Of a DNA stretch of 64,000 bases, positions 28,676 through 38,387 are shown piece after piece. Location of the stretch: the NCBI GenBank assembly GCA_012728875.1, contig JAAYEF010000027.1, positions 16,546-80,545 on the forward strand, written 5' to 3'. The notes beneath the pieces are model-generated. The model saw nothing but the letters and a program-made list of their open reading frames with translations. It had not been told where the DNA came from and did no database searches. The position numbers and the translations under genes are program-made. The DNA comes from Candidatus Cloacimonadota bacterium (GTDB lineage Bacteria > Cloacimonadota > Cloacimonadia > Cloacimonadales > Cloacimonadaceae). Numbering within the stretch: the first letter of the stretch is position 1; each line of letters opens with the position of its first letter.

Positions 28676-28922
28676 GGTTACAAATCCGATGGGCCTTCAC
28701 GCCCGACCCTCCGCGCTGATCGTAAAAGCTGCAACCAAATATCGCAGTGAATTTTACATCGAAAAAGACGACATGCGCGTGAACGGAAAAAGCATTATGG
28801 GCGTGATGATGCTGGCGGCGGAATATGGTTCCACCCTGAATCTCATTGCCGACGGCGAAGACGAGGAATATCTGCTGGAAGAAATCGAAGCCCTCATCAG
28901 TGGCGGCTTCGGAGAGGATTGA
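28656..28922 (+). CDS. ptsH: Phosphocarrier protein HPr
   Basis: 88 aa. GLHARPSA (His15) and NGKSIMGVM (Ser46) sites are both present. Confidence 0.9.
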   Translation: MRQIKIKVTNPMGLHARPSALIVKAATKYRSEFYIEKDDMRVNGKSIMGVMMLAAEYGSTLNLIADGEDEEYLLEEIEALISGGFGED

Positions 28923-30649
28923 TGGCAATGCGGAGTTTCAACGGGATTGTGATCCGTCCCGGTCTTGTGATCGGAGAGGCACGCCTGCTCAAAACTCAAA
29001 ACTGGGTGATCCGGCGACATCATATCATACAGGACGAACTGGAAGCTGAACAGAACAGCCTGAACGCCGCCCTGGCAAGAATCAGAGCCGAGATGGAACA
29101 ACAGCTTCAGGCCTTCAAGGGTGCCGATTCCGACCGCGAGATCCTCGAATCGCATCTTCTGATTCTGGACGACCCTGAAATGTTGGGACAAATCCGTGCC
29201 GACATTACAGATAAGCTGCTTTCTGCCGCGGCGGCAGTGGAGGAAAACTTCCAACGGGTACGTGACCATTTTACCGCTTTGGAAGACCCCTATTTTGCCC
29301 AACGCGCCTCCGATTTCAAGGACGTGCAACACCGCCTCTTGCATGAACTTACTGGTTCAAGCGCGCAGATCCCGCAGGATTGGCAGCCCGGGCAAATTGC
29401 CGTTTTGGAAGAAGCGGAACCTTCGCTGGTGAACAAGCTTGCCCAAATGGGGGTGGAAGCCTACTGTGCCGAGCATGGCAGCTACACTTCCCACGCCTCC
29501 ATTCTCAGCCGTTCCTTGAAGCTGACCGCGCTGGCTTCACTGCCCAATATTTTTCAAACTGTCAACAATGGTGACACCCTCATCCTGGACGCTTTACAGG
29601 GCAAGGCCATCCTCAATCCCGATGCCGACACTCTGAATCTTTATCAGGATTTGCTCAAAAAATATCAGCACAGTCAGGAAACGGCTTGTCAGGAAGCCGA
29701 ACTTCCCACTCAAACCCAAAATGGACAAAGGATCAAGCTGCGCCTGAATCTTGATCTGAACACCGAACTGGAGGCAGTCAAGCAGGGAAATCCCGATGGG
29801 GTGGGGCTGTATCGCACAGAGTTCCTCTATCTGGGGCAAGAGACTCTGCCGGATGAGGAAAGTCAGTTTCAAGTTTATCGCCGCATCGCGGAGCGGTATG
29901 CACCACATAGCGTTACCATCCGCACCTTCGACTTGGGCGGGGATAAAATATCGCATCTGATACCGTCCGCACCGGAGGAAAACCCATATCTGGGGTTGCG
30001 GGGCATTCGTTTCTCCCTGGCTCACCAGCAGCTTTTTGAAACCCAAATCCGGGCGGCATTGCGTGCCAGCGCCTTTGGTCGGGTCAAACTGATGCTTCCC
30101 ATGGTGGCGGATCTCAAGGATTTTCTGGCAGCACGCGAAATTGTGCATGCCTGCATGGATCAGCTTGCAGCGCAGGGACTTGCCTTTGATCCGGACATCC
30201 CTCTGGGGGTGATGATAGAAATTCCCTCCGCCGCACTCTGCAGCGAGGAACTTGCCGTCCACTGCGACTTTATGAGCATCGGCACCAACGATCTGGTGCA
30301 ATACACCCTGGCGGCAGACCGCAATCATTCGGGTCTCACAGCCTATTATACTTCGCATCATCCTGCAGTGCTTAAACTTATGCAAACCACGCTCATGGCT
30401 GGGGAAAAGCAGGGCAAGGCAGTTTCCATCTGCGGGGAAATGGCTTCCCAAGCGGAATATCTGCCCCTGCTGATTGGCATGGGTTTTAAGGAATTGAGTG
30501 TGGCTCCGGCATCCTGGCTGAATTGCAAGGCCATCATCCGGCGCTGTGATGAAGATCTATTTAAGATCGTGAAAAAAGCGGACTTGAACAGCCTTTCCGC
30601 CATCGAAAACCTGGTTTTTGAACGCCTCAAACCATATTACAACCTGTAA
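28922..30649 (+). CDS. ptsI: Phosphoenolpyruvate-protein phosphotransferase (PTS enzyme I)
   Basis: GSYTSHASILSRSL active-site His region, a C-terminal PEP-utilising TIM barrel (GIGTNDLVQY) and catalytic Cys (ICGEMA). ATG at 28922 overlaps the ptsH TGA. Confidence 0.9.
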   Translation: MAMRSFNGIVIRPGLVIGEARLLKTQNWVIRRHHIIQDELEAEQNSLNAALARIRAEMEQQLQAFKGADSDREILESHLLILDDPEMLGQIRADITDKLLSAAAAVEENFQRVRDHFTALEDPYFAQRASDFKDVQHRLLHELTGSSAQIPQDWQPGQIAVLEEAEPSLVNKLAQMGVEAYCAEHGSYTSHASILSRSLKLTALASLPNIFQTVNNGDTLILDALQGKAILNPDADTLNLYQDLLKKYQHSQETACQEAELPTQTQNGQRIKLRLNLDLNTELEAVKQGNPDGVGLYRTEFLYLGQETLPDEESQFQVYRRIAERYAPHSVTIRTFDLGGDKISHLIPSAPEENPYLGLRGIRFSLAHQQLFETQIRAALRASAFGRVKLMLPMVADLKDFLAAREIVHACMDQLAAQGLAFDPDIPLGVMIEIPSAALCSEELAVHCDFMSIGTNDLVQYTLAADRNHSGLTAYYTSHHPAVLKLMQTTLMAGEKQGKAVSICGEMASQAEYLPLLIGMGFKELSVAPASWLNCKAIIRRCDEDLFKIVKKADLNSLSAIENLVFERLKPYYNL

Positions 30650-30659
30650 AGGAGAGCAC

Positions 30660-32006
30660 ATGCTGCGTTTTGAATATCGTAACCTTTTGCATTCCAAAGA
30701 CTTGCCCACGGCGATTCCGGCTTCTAAAGTGCAGGACTTTCGCTATGCCTGCATGCAGGCCCACGAGGAAATCCAAGCCGATCGCAAAGCCAATGTCCTG
30801 GGCTTTTATGAACTGCCGGAGTACGATGTAAGCCCCATTTTGGATTACATTTCCGGCATCGATCCGCACTTCGATACCATGGTGGTGCTTGGCATTGGCG
30901 GCTCCGCCCTGGGAAACCGCGCCCTCTATTCGGCTTTAAAAACAGAGCGTGAATTGAAGCGGCGCCTTCTTGTTTACGACAACGTGGATCCCATTTATTT
31001 GCATGAGATCCTGAGTCAAATTGACCTCGACACCACTCTCTTCAACGTGATCACCAAAAGTGGAACCACGGCTGAAACCATGGCTGGTTATATGATTCTG
31101 ACAGACATCCTCAAAAAGCGTCACCCGGAGGATTACACAAAAAGAATCATCATCACCACAGACCGCGAAAAAGGCTTCCTGCGCCAGGTTATCCAAAACG
31201 AAGGCTATCAATCATTTGTGGTTCCAGACAATGTTGGCGGGCGCTTTTCAGTGCTCACAGATGTGGGACTGCTTTCCTCGGCGTTTGTGGGCATCAATAT
31301 TGCCGAACTGCTTCGGGGAGCTGCTTCCATGCGCCAGCGCTGTGAAAAGCTGGACAGCTTTGAGAATCCCGCATACCTGAACGGTTTGCTGCATTACCTT
31401 TACATGCATGAGGGCAAAAAGATCTCGGTGATGATGCCCTATTCAAATTCCCTGTACGATTTTGCAGATTGGTATCGCCAGCTTTGGGCGGAAAGCCTGG
31501 GCAAACGTCACAACTCAAAAGGCCGTGAAGTATTTGTGGGACAGACTCCTGTGAAGGCTCTGGGCACCACGGACCAGCACTCCCAGGTGCAGCTTTATAC
31601 CGAGGGTCCCAACGACAAGGTTTTCACCTTCCTGGGCGTGGAAAACTTCAAACACGATTACGTGATCCCGAACCTGCATCCCGAGCGCGGGGAAGTTAGC
31701 TATCTGGGTGGCAAAAAGCTTTCCGAACTGCTTAATGCCGAATGGCTTGCCACTGAAATAGCCCTCACCAAAGCACATCGCCCGAATTGCAACATCGTTT
31801 TCCCCGCCATCGACGAATTCCACATCGGTGAATTCATCATGATGTATGAAATCCAAACCGTTTTCACCGGAAAACTCTTGCACATCGATCCGCTGGACCA
31901 GCCCGGGGTGGAGGCAGGCAAAATCGCCACCTACGCCTTGATGGGCAAAGCCGGTTACGACAAAGAGCGTGCTGAAATCCAGGAATATTTGAAAGCAAAA
32001 GACTGA
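30660..32006 (+). CDS. pgi: Glucose-6-phosphate isomerase (short bacterial type)
   Basis: VVLGIGGSALG, SKSGTTAET and GGRFSVL sugar-isomerase motifs, plus QHSQVQLYTEG. ATG at 30660 is preceded by AAGGAGA. Confidence 0.85.
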   Translation: MLRFEYRNLLHSKDLPTAIPASKVQDFRYACMQAHEEIQADRKANVLGFYELPEYDVSPILDYISGIDPHFDTMVVLGIGGSALGNRALYSALKTERELKRRLLVYDNVDPIYLHEILSQIDLDTTLFNVITKSGTTAETMAGYMILTDILKKRHPEDYTKRIIITTDREKGFLRQVIQNEGYQSFVVPDNVGGRFSVLTDVGLLSSAFVGINIAELLRGAASMRQRCEKLDSFENPAYLNGLLHYLYMHEGKKISVMMPYSNSLYDFADWYRQLWAESLGKRHNSKGREVFVGQTPVKALGTTDQHSQVQLYTEGPNDKVFTFLGVENFKHDYVIPNLHPERGEVSYLGGKKLSELLNAEWLATEIALTKAHRPNCNIVFPAIDEFHIGEFIMMYEIQTVFTGKLLHIDPLDQPGVEAGKIATYALMGKAGYDKERAEIQEYLKAKD

Positions 32007-32224
32007 GTTCTGAATACAAGGCATCAAAAAAGCAGCCTTGACCGGCAATCGCAAAACTGCCCAAAAGGAATATGCCTGAAGCCTGCCAAATTGCCATGTG
32101 GAACAGCATCTGGCTTTTTCGCTTGACAGCGCATCACTACAAAAATTTATTGGGTTACCATTAGCGAATATTTCGTTTCAGGTGTGTCTCGGCCTGCCTG
32201 AAGCTTGGATACAGAGGAGTTTAA

Positions 32225-33262
32225 ATGTCTTTTTTTGATTTTGTTGGCATGAAAGCCAACGACATTGCCATCGACCTGGGCACCGCAAACACCCTCGTTT
32301 ACAAAAAAACAGGCGGGATCGTGATCGACGAACCCTCTGTGGTGGCTGTTTCAAACGACAGTAAAAAGATTATTGCCATCGGCCAGCAAGCCAAGGTGAT
32401 GCTGGGCAAAAACCCCGACGAAGTCCGGGTGGTCAAACCCATGAAAGACGGTGTGATAGCCGACTTTCAGGTTACCGAACTCATGCTGCGCGACCTCATT
32501 TTACGCGCCCAGAAAAAGCGTCTTCTGGTGCGGCCGCGGGTGATAGTTTGCGTTCCCTCAGGCATCACGGAAGTGGAAAAACGCGCAGTGCGCGACAGCG
32601 CCCTTCACGCCGGTGCGCGTGAGGTTTATCTGGTTTCCGAGCCCGTGGCGGCCGCCATTGGCGCCGAACTTCCCATCGAGGAAGCTTTTGGAAACATGGT
32701 GATGGACATCGGCGGCGGCACCAGCGAAATTGCGGTTATCTCTTTGTCCCACATTGTGGTGCACAACTCCATCCGCGTGGGTGGAGACAAGATGGACAAC
32801 GACATCATCAGCTATCTGCGCAAAAAGAACAACCTGCACGTTGGCCTGCAAACCGCGGAAAAGATCAAAATGCAGATTGGCAGCGCCTATCCCCTGAAGC
32901 AGGAACTCACCATGGATGTGCGCGGACGTGACATCGTTTCCGGCTTTCCGGTCACCATCAAAATCAGCTCTGAAGAGGTGCGCGAAGCCATCAGCGAAAC
33001 CATTGCCACCATGGTTGATGCCATCAAGAGGCTTTTCGAACGCACAGCCCCGGAACTGGCTGCCGACATTGCCGAACGCGGTATTTTCCTCACCGGCGGC
33101 GGCGCCCTGCTCAAGGGTTTGGACGAAAAAATCTCCAAAACCGTTGACCTGCCGGTTTTTGTGGTGCCGGATCCTCTGGAATGTGTTGTTCGCGGTGCGG
33201 GCAGGGTCTTGGACGAACTGGACCGCTATCGCAACGTTCTGATCAAACGCATCGAAGACTGA
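32225..33262 (+). CDS. mreB: Rod shape-determining actin homolog MreB
   Basis: IDLGTANTLVY, MDIGGGTSEIAVIS and GIFLTGGGALLKGLD motifs. 345 aa. Confidence 0.95.
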   Translation: MSFFDFVGMKANDIAIDLGTANTLVYKKTGGIVIDEPSVVAVSNDSKKIIAIGQQAKVMLGKNPDEVRVVKPMKDGVIADFQVTELMLRDLILRAQKKRLLVRPRVIVCVPSGITEVEKRAVRDSALHAGAREVYLVSEPVAAAIGAELPIEEAFGNMVMDIGGGTSEIAVISLSHIVVHNSIRVGGDKMDNDIISYLRKKNNLHVGLQTAEKIKMQIGSAYPLKQELTMDVRGRDIVSGFPVTIKISSEEVREAISETIATMVDAIKRLFERTAPELAADIAERGIFLTGGGALLKGLDEKISKTVDLPVFVVPDPLECVVRGAGRVLDELDRYRNVLIKRIED

Positions 33263-33350
33263 GCATCGTTTCAGCGCGGCAAAGATTGATTAAGCGCTCC
33301 AGCCAGTTTTTGGCTGGGCATACAAGCAAATAGGTGAAAAGGAAGAATCC

Positions 33351-34106
33351 GTGAAAAAAATGCTATTGCCTCTGGCGCTGGTGCTGGTCTCTTTGGCTTT
33401 GAGCTTGGGAAGTCCCGAAAGCCGAGCCAAGCGTGCATCGCTATTGGGGCAGACGGTGTTCTATCCCTTCACCCGTTCTGTAAACCTATTCCGTTCAAAC
33501 AGTTCGCTTAAGCAGGAACTGGCAAAGCTTCAGCAGCAGCAGGCTTCCCTAACTCTGGAAAACCTGAGCTTAAACAACGCCCTCAAGGAAAGCCATACCA
33601 TGCAAACCATCACTTTTGAAACCGGCGACATGGGTTTTGAGGTGGCGGAAGTGATCGGCTATTCCGGGCAGTTTCAACAGCGCAACCTGGTGGTAAACAA
33701 AGGCAGCGCGAGCGGCGTTGAGGTGAACAGTCCCGTGGTTTCCGCACGCGGCATTGTTGGCCGGGTGATCTCGGTTTCTGCCACAAACTGTGTGGTGCTG
33801 CCCTTCAGCAATCCGCGCTTCCAGATTCCCGTGATGGACAAGCTCACCAGCGTTCAAGGCATCCTGCAGGCCGATCTCTCCGGCAATACGAACATGAACA
33901 TGATCCGCCTGGGCTCCCAGATCAGTGCGGGAGACACCATCGTAACTTCAAACCTTTCCACCCTTTATCCCAAGGGCTACCCCGTTGGCAGGGTTTCCCG
34001 CATCCGCGATTCGCAGGATCAGCTCTTCATCACAGCGGAAATCGAGCCCTTCACCCAGGTGGAAAACCTCGAACACGTATTCATCCTAAAACAGGGAAAA
34101 CAATGA
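33351..34106 (+). CDS. mreC: Rod shape-determining protein MreC
   Basis: N-terminal TM, a coiled-coil (LKQELAKLQQQQASLTLENLSL) and a beta-rich C-terminal domain (VVSARGIVGRV..., YPKGYPVGRV). Follows mreB. Confidence 0.8.
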   Translation: MKKMLLPLALVLVSLALSLGSPESRAKRASLLGQTVFYPFTRSVNLFRSNSSLKQELAKLQQQQASLTLENLSLNNALKESHTMQTITFETGDMGFEVAEVIGYSGQFQQRNLVVNKGSASGVEVNSPVVSARGIVGRVISVSATNCVVLPFSNPRFQIPVMDKLTSVQGILQADLSGNTNMNMIRLGSQISAGDTIVTSNLSTLYPKGYPVGRVSRIRDSQDQLFITAEIEPFTQVENLEHVFILKQGKQ

Positions 34107-34786
34107 GTAAAATATTCGAACCCATCATCACCATCGGCGGCGTGCGCGTTGAGCGCATCCCTCTGAAAACAAAGATCATTACAGAAAACGATCTGATTGC
34201 GGACATCGTCCGCGAATTTGCCCTGCCGCACATCAAGCCCGGCGACATTCTCACCATCAGCGAAAGTCCGCTTGCCATTACGCAGGGACGCGCCATTCCC
34301 GAAGATGAGATCAAGCCCGGGAAACTTGCCCATTTTTTGTCTTCCAAAGTGATGAAGGTGCCCTACGGCGTTGGTTTGGGATTACCCACAACCATGCAAT
34401 GCGCCATCGATGAATGTGGAACCCTTCGCATTCTTGTTGCCGCTGTCATCGGCGGGATCACCAAAAAGCTTGGGCGCAGTGGAGATTTTTATCGAATTGC
34501 GGGAATGCAGTCCGCTCTGGTTGATTCAGCCGGCTCCACTTCCGTTGGCAAATATGTGACTACCGTCGTGAAAGGTCCGCTCAAACCCGGCAAGGTTGCT
34601 CAGGAATTGGCGGATGAATTCGGTTTTCCCGTGGCGATAGTGGATGTGAACGACATTGGCAACTCCTGGGCCATCGGCTATAGCAAGGGTCTTTCCAAAC
34701 ATTTCGTGGAAGCGGTGGTGAGAGACAATCCCCAGGGTCAGGACGACGAACAAACCCCTCTGTGCATCATCAGAAGATTGGATTGA
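34103..34786 (+). CDS. CofE-like (F420-0:gamma-glutamyl ligase family, PF01996-like) protein of unknown role
   Basis: 227 aa. GDILTISESPLAITQGRAIP and the C-terminal QGQDDEQTPLCIIRR resemble the GDvlvvsqKivSKaEGR and Gq..eg.PvvlvRG blocks of CofE-type ligases as I remember them. ATGA overlap with mreC, and a 1-nt gap to mreD. Confidence 0.5.
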   Translation: MSKIFEPIITIGGVRVERIPLKTKIITENDLIADIVREFALPHIKPGDILTISESPLAITQGRAIPEDEIKPGKLAHFLSSKVMKVPYGVGLGLPTTMQCAIDECGTLRILVAAVIGGITKKLGRSGDFYRIAGMQSALVDSAGSTSVGKYVTTVVKGPLKPGKVAQELADEFGFPVAIVDVNDIGNSWAIGYSKGLSKHFVEAVVRDNPQGQDDEQTPLCIIRRLD

Positions 34787-34787
34787 C

Positions 34788-35282
34788 ATGGCTTTGAAAC
34801 ACATCTGGACTTATATTTTAGGTCTGCTTTTTTTCTATGTCCAGGTGCTGTTCATGCCAACTTTTGAACTCTTTGGGGTGATCCCGAACATACTCATCCC
34901 CTGGGTGGTTTATCTGGTTTGGAGCCGTGAACTCAATCCCGCCCTCATCGTGATCTTTCTCATCGGCTTGCTCTACGACACCACATACCCGCAAACCTTT
35001 GGATCCCACGCGCTTATCTTTTTGCTTGTTGGCTTGGCGATCAACCAATTCCGCAAACCCTTTGAAGATGAAAGCGTGTTGGCGAGAATGCTTTCCCTGA
35101 TCTTGGCAAACTTGATATTCCACTTCATTTTTTGGCTCATGCTGGGCATCGACTATGGCTTCACAGGACAGCTTTTTGCTTTGAACCTGCTTGCATTTGC
35201 CTACAATCTGGCGATCAGCTTCGTGGTTTTTTGGATCACCCAGCTTGTGTCCCGTCTGCGCATTGTTTTGGTAAATGATTAA
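34788..35282 (+). CDS. mreD: Rod shape-determining protein MreD
   Basis: 164-aa polytopic membrane protein in the canonical position before mrdA. Confidence 0.65.
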   Translation: MALKHIWTYILGLLFFYVQVLFMPTFELFGVIPNILIPWVVYLVWSRELNPALIVIFLIGLLYDTTYPQTFGSHALIFLLVGLAINQFRKPFEDESVLARMLSLILANLIFHFIFWLMLGIDYGFTGQLFALNLLAFAYNLAISFVVFWITQLVSRLRIVLVND

Positions 35283-37173
35283 AAACTTTTCCACCCTGGT
35301 TTTCAAAATCACCCTGGTGCTGCTCACCGTGATTTTGGTGGTGGCGCTATTCAGATTGCAAGTGCTTCAGGGTGAATACTATGGCCACATTGCGGAGAGC
35401 AATTTTGTCCGCATCCGGCGTGTGACTGCCACCCGCGGTGAAATCTACGACTGTAAATACCGTCCCATCGTGGTAAACATCCCTGCCCACGATCTTTACC
35501 TCACCACCAGCAGAATAAACAACACCGAGCGACTTTCGGTTTTTTTGAAAGTGCATTTTGGCATGGAACCGGAAGAACTGAAGGAACTCATCTTTGCACA
35601 GAGGTTTAAAGCCTACGAAGAGATCCTGCTGGCAGACAACCTGAGCTACGACACCGTGGTCACGCTTTCCGAGAGGATATCAGATTTTCCGGAGCTGAAT
35701 TTCCGCATCGGCACCTCGCGCAACTATATGTATCCCAATCACTTCACAGGTTACGTGGGTCGCATCAACGAAGATGAATACAAGCTTTATCGCAATGAAG
35801 ACTATTCCCTGAACGCCTACATTGGCAAAACCGGCTTGGAACGCTATTATGAAGTGCTGTTGCGCGGCAAGGACGGCAAGGAAATCATGCAGGTGGACGC
35901 CCAGGGAAAAAGCTTGGAACTCTTTAAGGAAAACACTTCCGTCGAGCCCCAAAACGGGCTGAGCCTGATCCTGAGCATCGACAACGACCTGCAGGAATAT
36001 GCAAATGCGGTTTTCCCTCCCGGACTCCGGGGCTGCGTGATCGTCTCCGATGCCCAAACCGGCGGCATTTTGGCTTATCTCAGCAAACCGGATTACGACC
36101 CCAATATCTTCATGCAAAAAATCAGCAGCGAAGTGTGGGCGGGCTTGAATTCGCCCTCCAAGCCGCTGCTGGACAGGATCATCCAGGCCAGCTATCCGCC
36201 CGGCTCGGTGTTTAAGCCCATAACCGGCTCCAAAGGCATGGAACTGGGCGTGATCAATCGCCACACCCGGCTGGCTTCCTGCAGCGGCGGACTGCAAATC
36301 GGAAACCGCTTTTTCCGCTGTTGGAGCGCAGCGGGACACGGGTCACTGAACATCGTGGACGCCCACAAGGTTTCCTGCGACGTCTTTTTCTACGATCTCA
36401 TCAGCAGAATAGATCTGGATGCCATGATGCTTCACGCCAAAGCCTGCGGAGTGCTGGAAAAAACAGGGATCGACCTGCCCAATGAACGTGGCGGATTCTA
36501 TCCCACCACAAAATATTACCGCGAGGAGCGCGACATCAAAGGTTCGCTCACCGGCTACAAGGCAAACCTTGCCATCGGGCAGGGCGAAGTGCTCACCACC
36601 CCGCTGCAGATCAACGCTCTTTTCGGAGCCATTGCCCGCCGCGGAACCTGGATTCAGCCCCACATTTTGATGCATACCATGGGTCCGGCGCGCATCACCC
36701 GCGAGGAAATCCAAGCCTTGAATAAATACCCCCTGCCCTGGTCGTCCGAAACCATGCAGGCCATTCGTGACGGACTTTGGGCTGTTACAAACGCACCCGG
36801 CGGAACCGCCCGCGTGGTCAGCGTGCCCGGCGCCACCACCTTTGGAAAAACCGGCAGCGCCGAAAACTATATGGGCAAAACCACCCACGCTTGGTTCGTT
36901 GGCTTTATTGAAACGGACAAACCGGAGATCGTGGTCACGGTTTTCATGGAAAACGCCGGCGGCGGCGGAGCTGTTGCCGCTCCCGTGGCAAACAAGATTT
37001 TCAACTATTACATCGGAAACCTTGAAAAGATCCGCGAACCAGGCGCCATTCCGCCTCAATTTGGCGGAGCCCCGGCTGCGGGCATTCCGGCTCAACACGA
37101 TTTTGAACCCAAGCCAGAAGCCGGCGCAGGGCATCAGGACTCCGGGGATGCACACCAGGAGGAAACACAATGA
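35275..37173 (+). CDS. mrdA: Penicillin-binding protein 2 (elongasome transpeptidase)
   Basis: N-terminal TM and a PBP dimerisation domain. SxxK (GSVFKP) and KTG (GKTGSAE) motifs. 632 aa. Confidence 0.9.
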   Translation: MIKNFSTLVFKITLVLLTVILVVALFRLQVLQGEYYGHIAESNFVRIRRVTATRGEIYDCKYRPIVVNIPAHDLYLTTSRINNTERLSVFLKVHFGMEPEELKELIFAQRFKAYEEILLADNLSYDTVVTLSERISDFPELNFRIGTSRNYMYPNHFTGYVGRINEDEYKLYRNEDYSLNAYIGKTGLERYYEVLLRGKDGKEIMQVDAQGKSLELFKENTSVEPQNGLSLILSIDNDLQEYANAVFPPGLRGCVIVSDAQTGGILAYLSKPDYDPNIFMQKISSEVWAGLNSPSKPLLDRIIQASYPPGSVFKPITGSKGMELGVINRHTRLASCSGGLQIGNRFFRCWSAAGHGSLNIVDAHKVSCDVFFYDLISRIDLDAMMLHAKACGVLEKTGIDLPNERGGFYPTTKYYREERDIKGSLTGYKANLAIGQGEVLTTPLQINALFGAIARRGTWIQPHILMHTMGPARITREEIQALNKYPLPWSSETMQAIRDGLWAVTNAPGGTARVVSVPGATTFGKTGSAENYMGKTTHAWFVGFIETDKPEIVVTVFMENAGGGGAVAAPVANKIFNYYIGNLEKIREPGAIPPQFGGAPAAGIPAQHDFEPKPEAGAGHQDSGDAHQEETQ

Positions 37174-38387
37174 TCAACCGCAAAAAGTTTGATTTTGTGT
37201 TGGCTGCCTATTTGGTGTTGCTGATCCTATTTGGTTGTCTGGCAATCTTTTCCGCCTCCACCACTCACATCGGTGAATATGTTTCCACGCAAAACCATTG
37301 GTGGAAGCAGCTCATTTTTGCCGTCGTTTCCCTGGGCATGATGTTTTTGCTGATGCGCTTGCCCATGCCGATATTTGACTTGATCATCATCCCGGCATAC
37401 ATCCTAAACATCCTGGCTTTGATGGCGGTGCTATTTGCCCCCGAGGTCAGCGGCGCCCACCGTTGGTTCAACTTTTTCGGCTTGCACTATCAGCCTTCCG
37501 AGAGCGCCAAGCTGTTCACCGTCCTGATCGTGGCACGCACCATTTCCAGGGAAAACATGAGCGAAATCCGCCAGATCCTGTACGGCTTTGGTCTGGTGAT
37601 TTTGCCGGTGATTCTGATCATGCTGGAGCCGGACTTTGGCAGCACCCTGGTCTTTATGTTCAGCCTTGTGGCGATGCTCATCGCTGCGGATGTGCCGCTG
37701 CTTTACATTTTGCTGCTCATCAGCCCTGTGGTGAGTGTGCTATCCTCACTGTGGTGGCCAGCCATCATCATTTGGATAATTGTGCTGGTGGGTCTTTTGC
37801 TGTGGAACCGGCTTTCCTGGATCACCACAGCCATTGCGGGCATCCTGAATGGATTTTTGGCCTTGATCATGCCGGTATTTTGGAACAGTATGAAAGACTA
37901 CCAGCAGGGGCGAATCGGCTCTTTTTTGAACCCCATGGCCGACCCCTTGGGCGCAGGCTATCAGATCATCCAAGCCAAAATCGCCGTGGGAAGCGGCTCC
38001 ATCGCCGGCAAGGGATGGCTGCAGGGGACGCAAAAAAACATGAATTTCCTGCCGGAACACCATACAGACTTCATTTTCAGCGTGATCGGTGAAGAATTTG
38101 GCTTCATCGGCGCCCTTATTCTTTTAACTTTGTTTGTTCTGTTCTTTTGGCGGTTGATCCGGGCCGTGGGCGAAATCCGCGTTGGTGAACGCCGGATTGC
38201 CTCCGCCGGAATCCTGTCATATCTTATGTTTCAAACCTTTATCAATATCAGTATGAACATCGGCTTGGTTCCCGCCACGGGAATCCCCTTGCCTTTCATA
38301 AGTTACGGCGGGTCAAATCTGCTATTCAATACTCTGGGTGTGGGCGTTGTGCTAAAATATCTTAACGAACGGGGTTTCATGAAATGA
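37170..38387 (+). CDS. rodA: SEDS peptidoglycan polymerase RodA
   Basis: FtsW/RodA/SpoVE family pattern (QPSESAKL, PEHHTDFIFSVIGEEFGF, PLPFISYGGS). ATGA overlap with mrdA. Confidence 0.9.
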   Translation: MINRKKFDFVLAAYLVLLILFGCLAIFSASTTHIGEYVSTQNHWWKQLIFAVVSLGMMFLLMRLPMPIFDLIIIPAYILNILALMAVLFAPEVSGAHRWFNFFGLHYQPSESAKLFTVLIVARTISRENMSEIRQILYGFGLVILPVILIMLEPDFGSTLVFMFSLVAMLIAADVPLLYILLLISPVVSVLSSLWWPAIIIWIIVLVGLLLWNRLSWITTAIAGILNGFLALIMPVFWNSMKDYQQGRIGSFLNPMADPLGAGYQIIQAKIAVGSGSIAGKGWLQGTQKNMNFLPEHHTDFIFSVIGEEFGFIGALILLTLFVLFFWRLIRAVGEIRVGERRIASAGILSYLMFQTFINISMNIGLVPATGIPLPFISYGGSNLLFNTLGVGVVLKYLNERGFMK

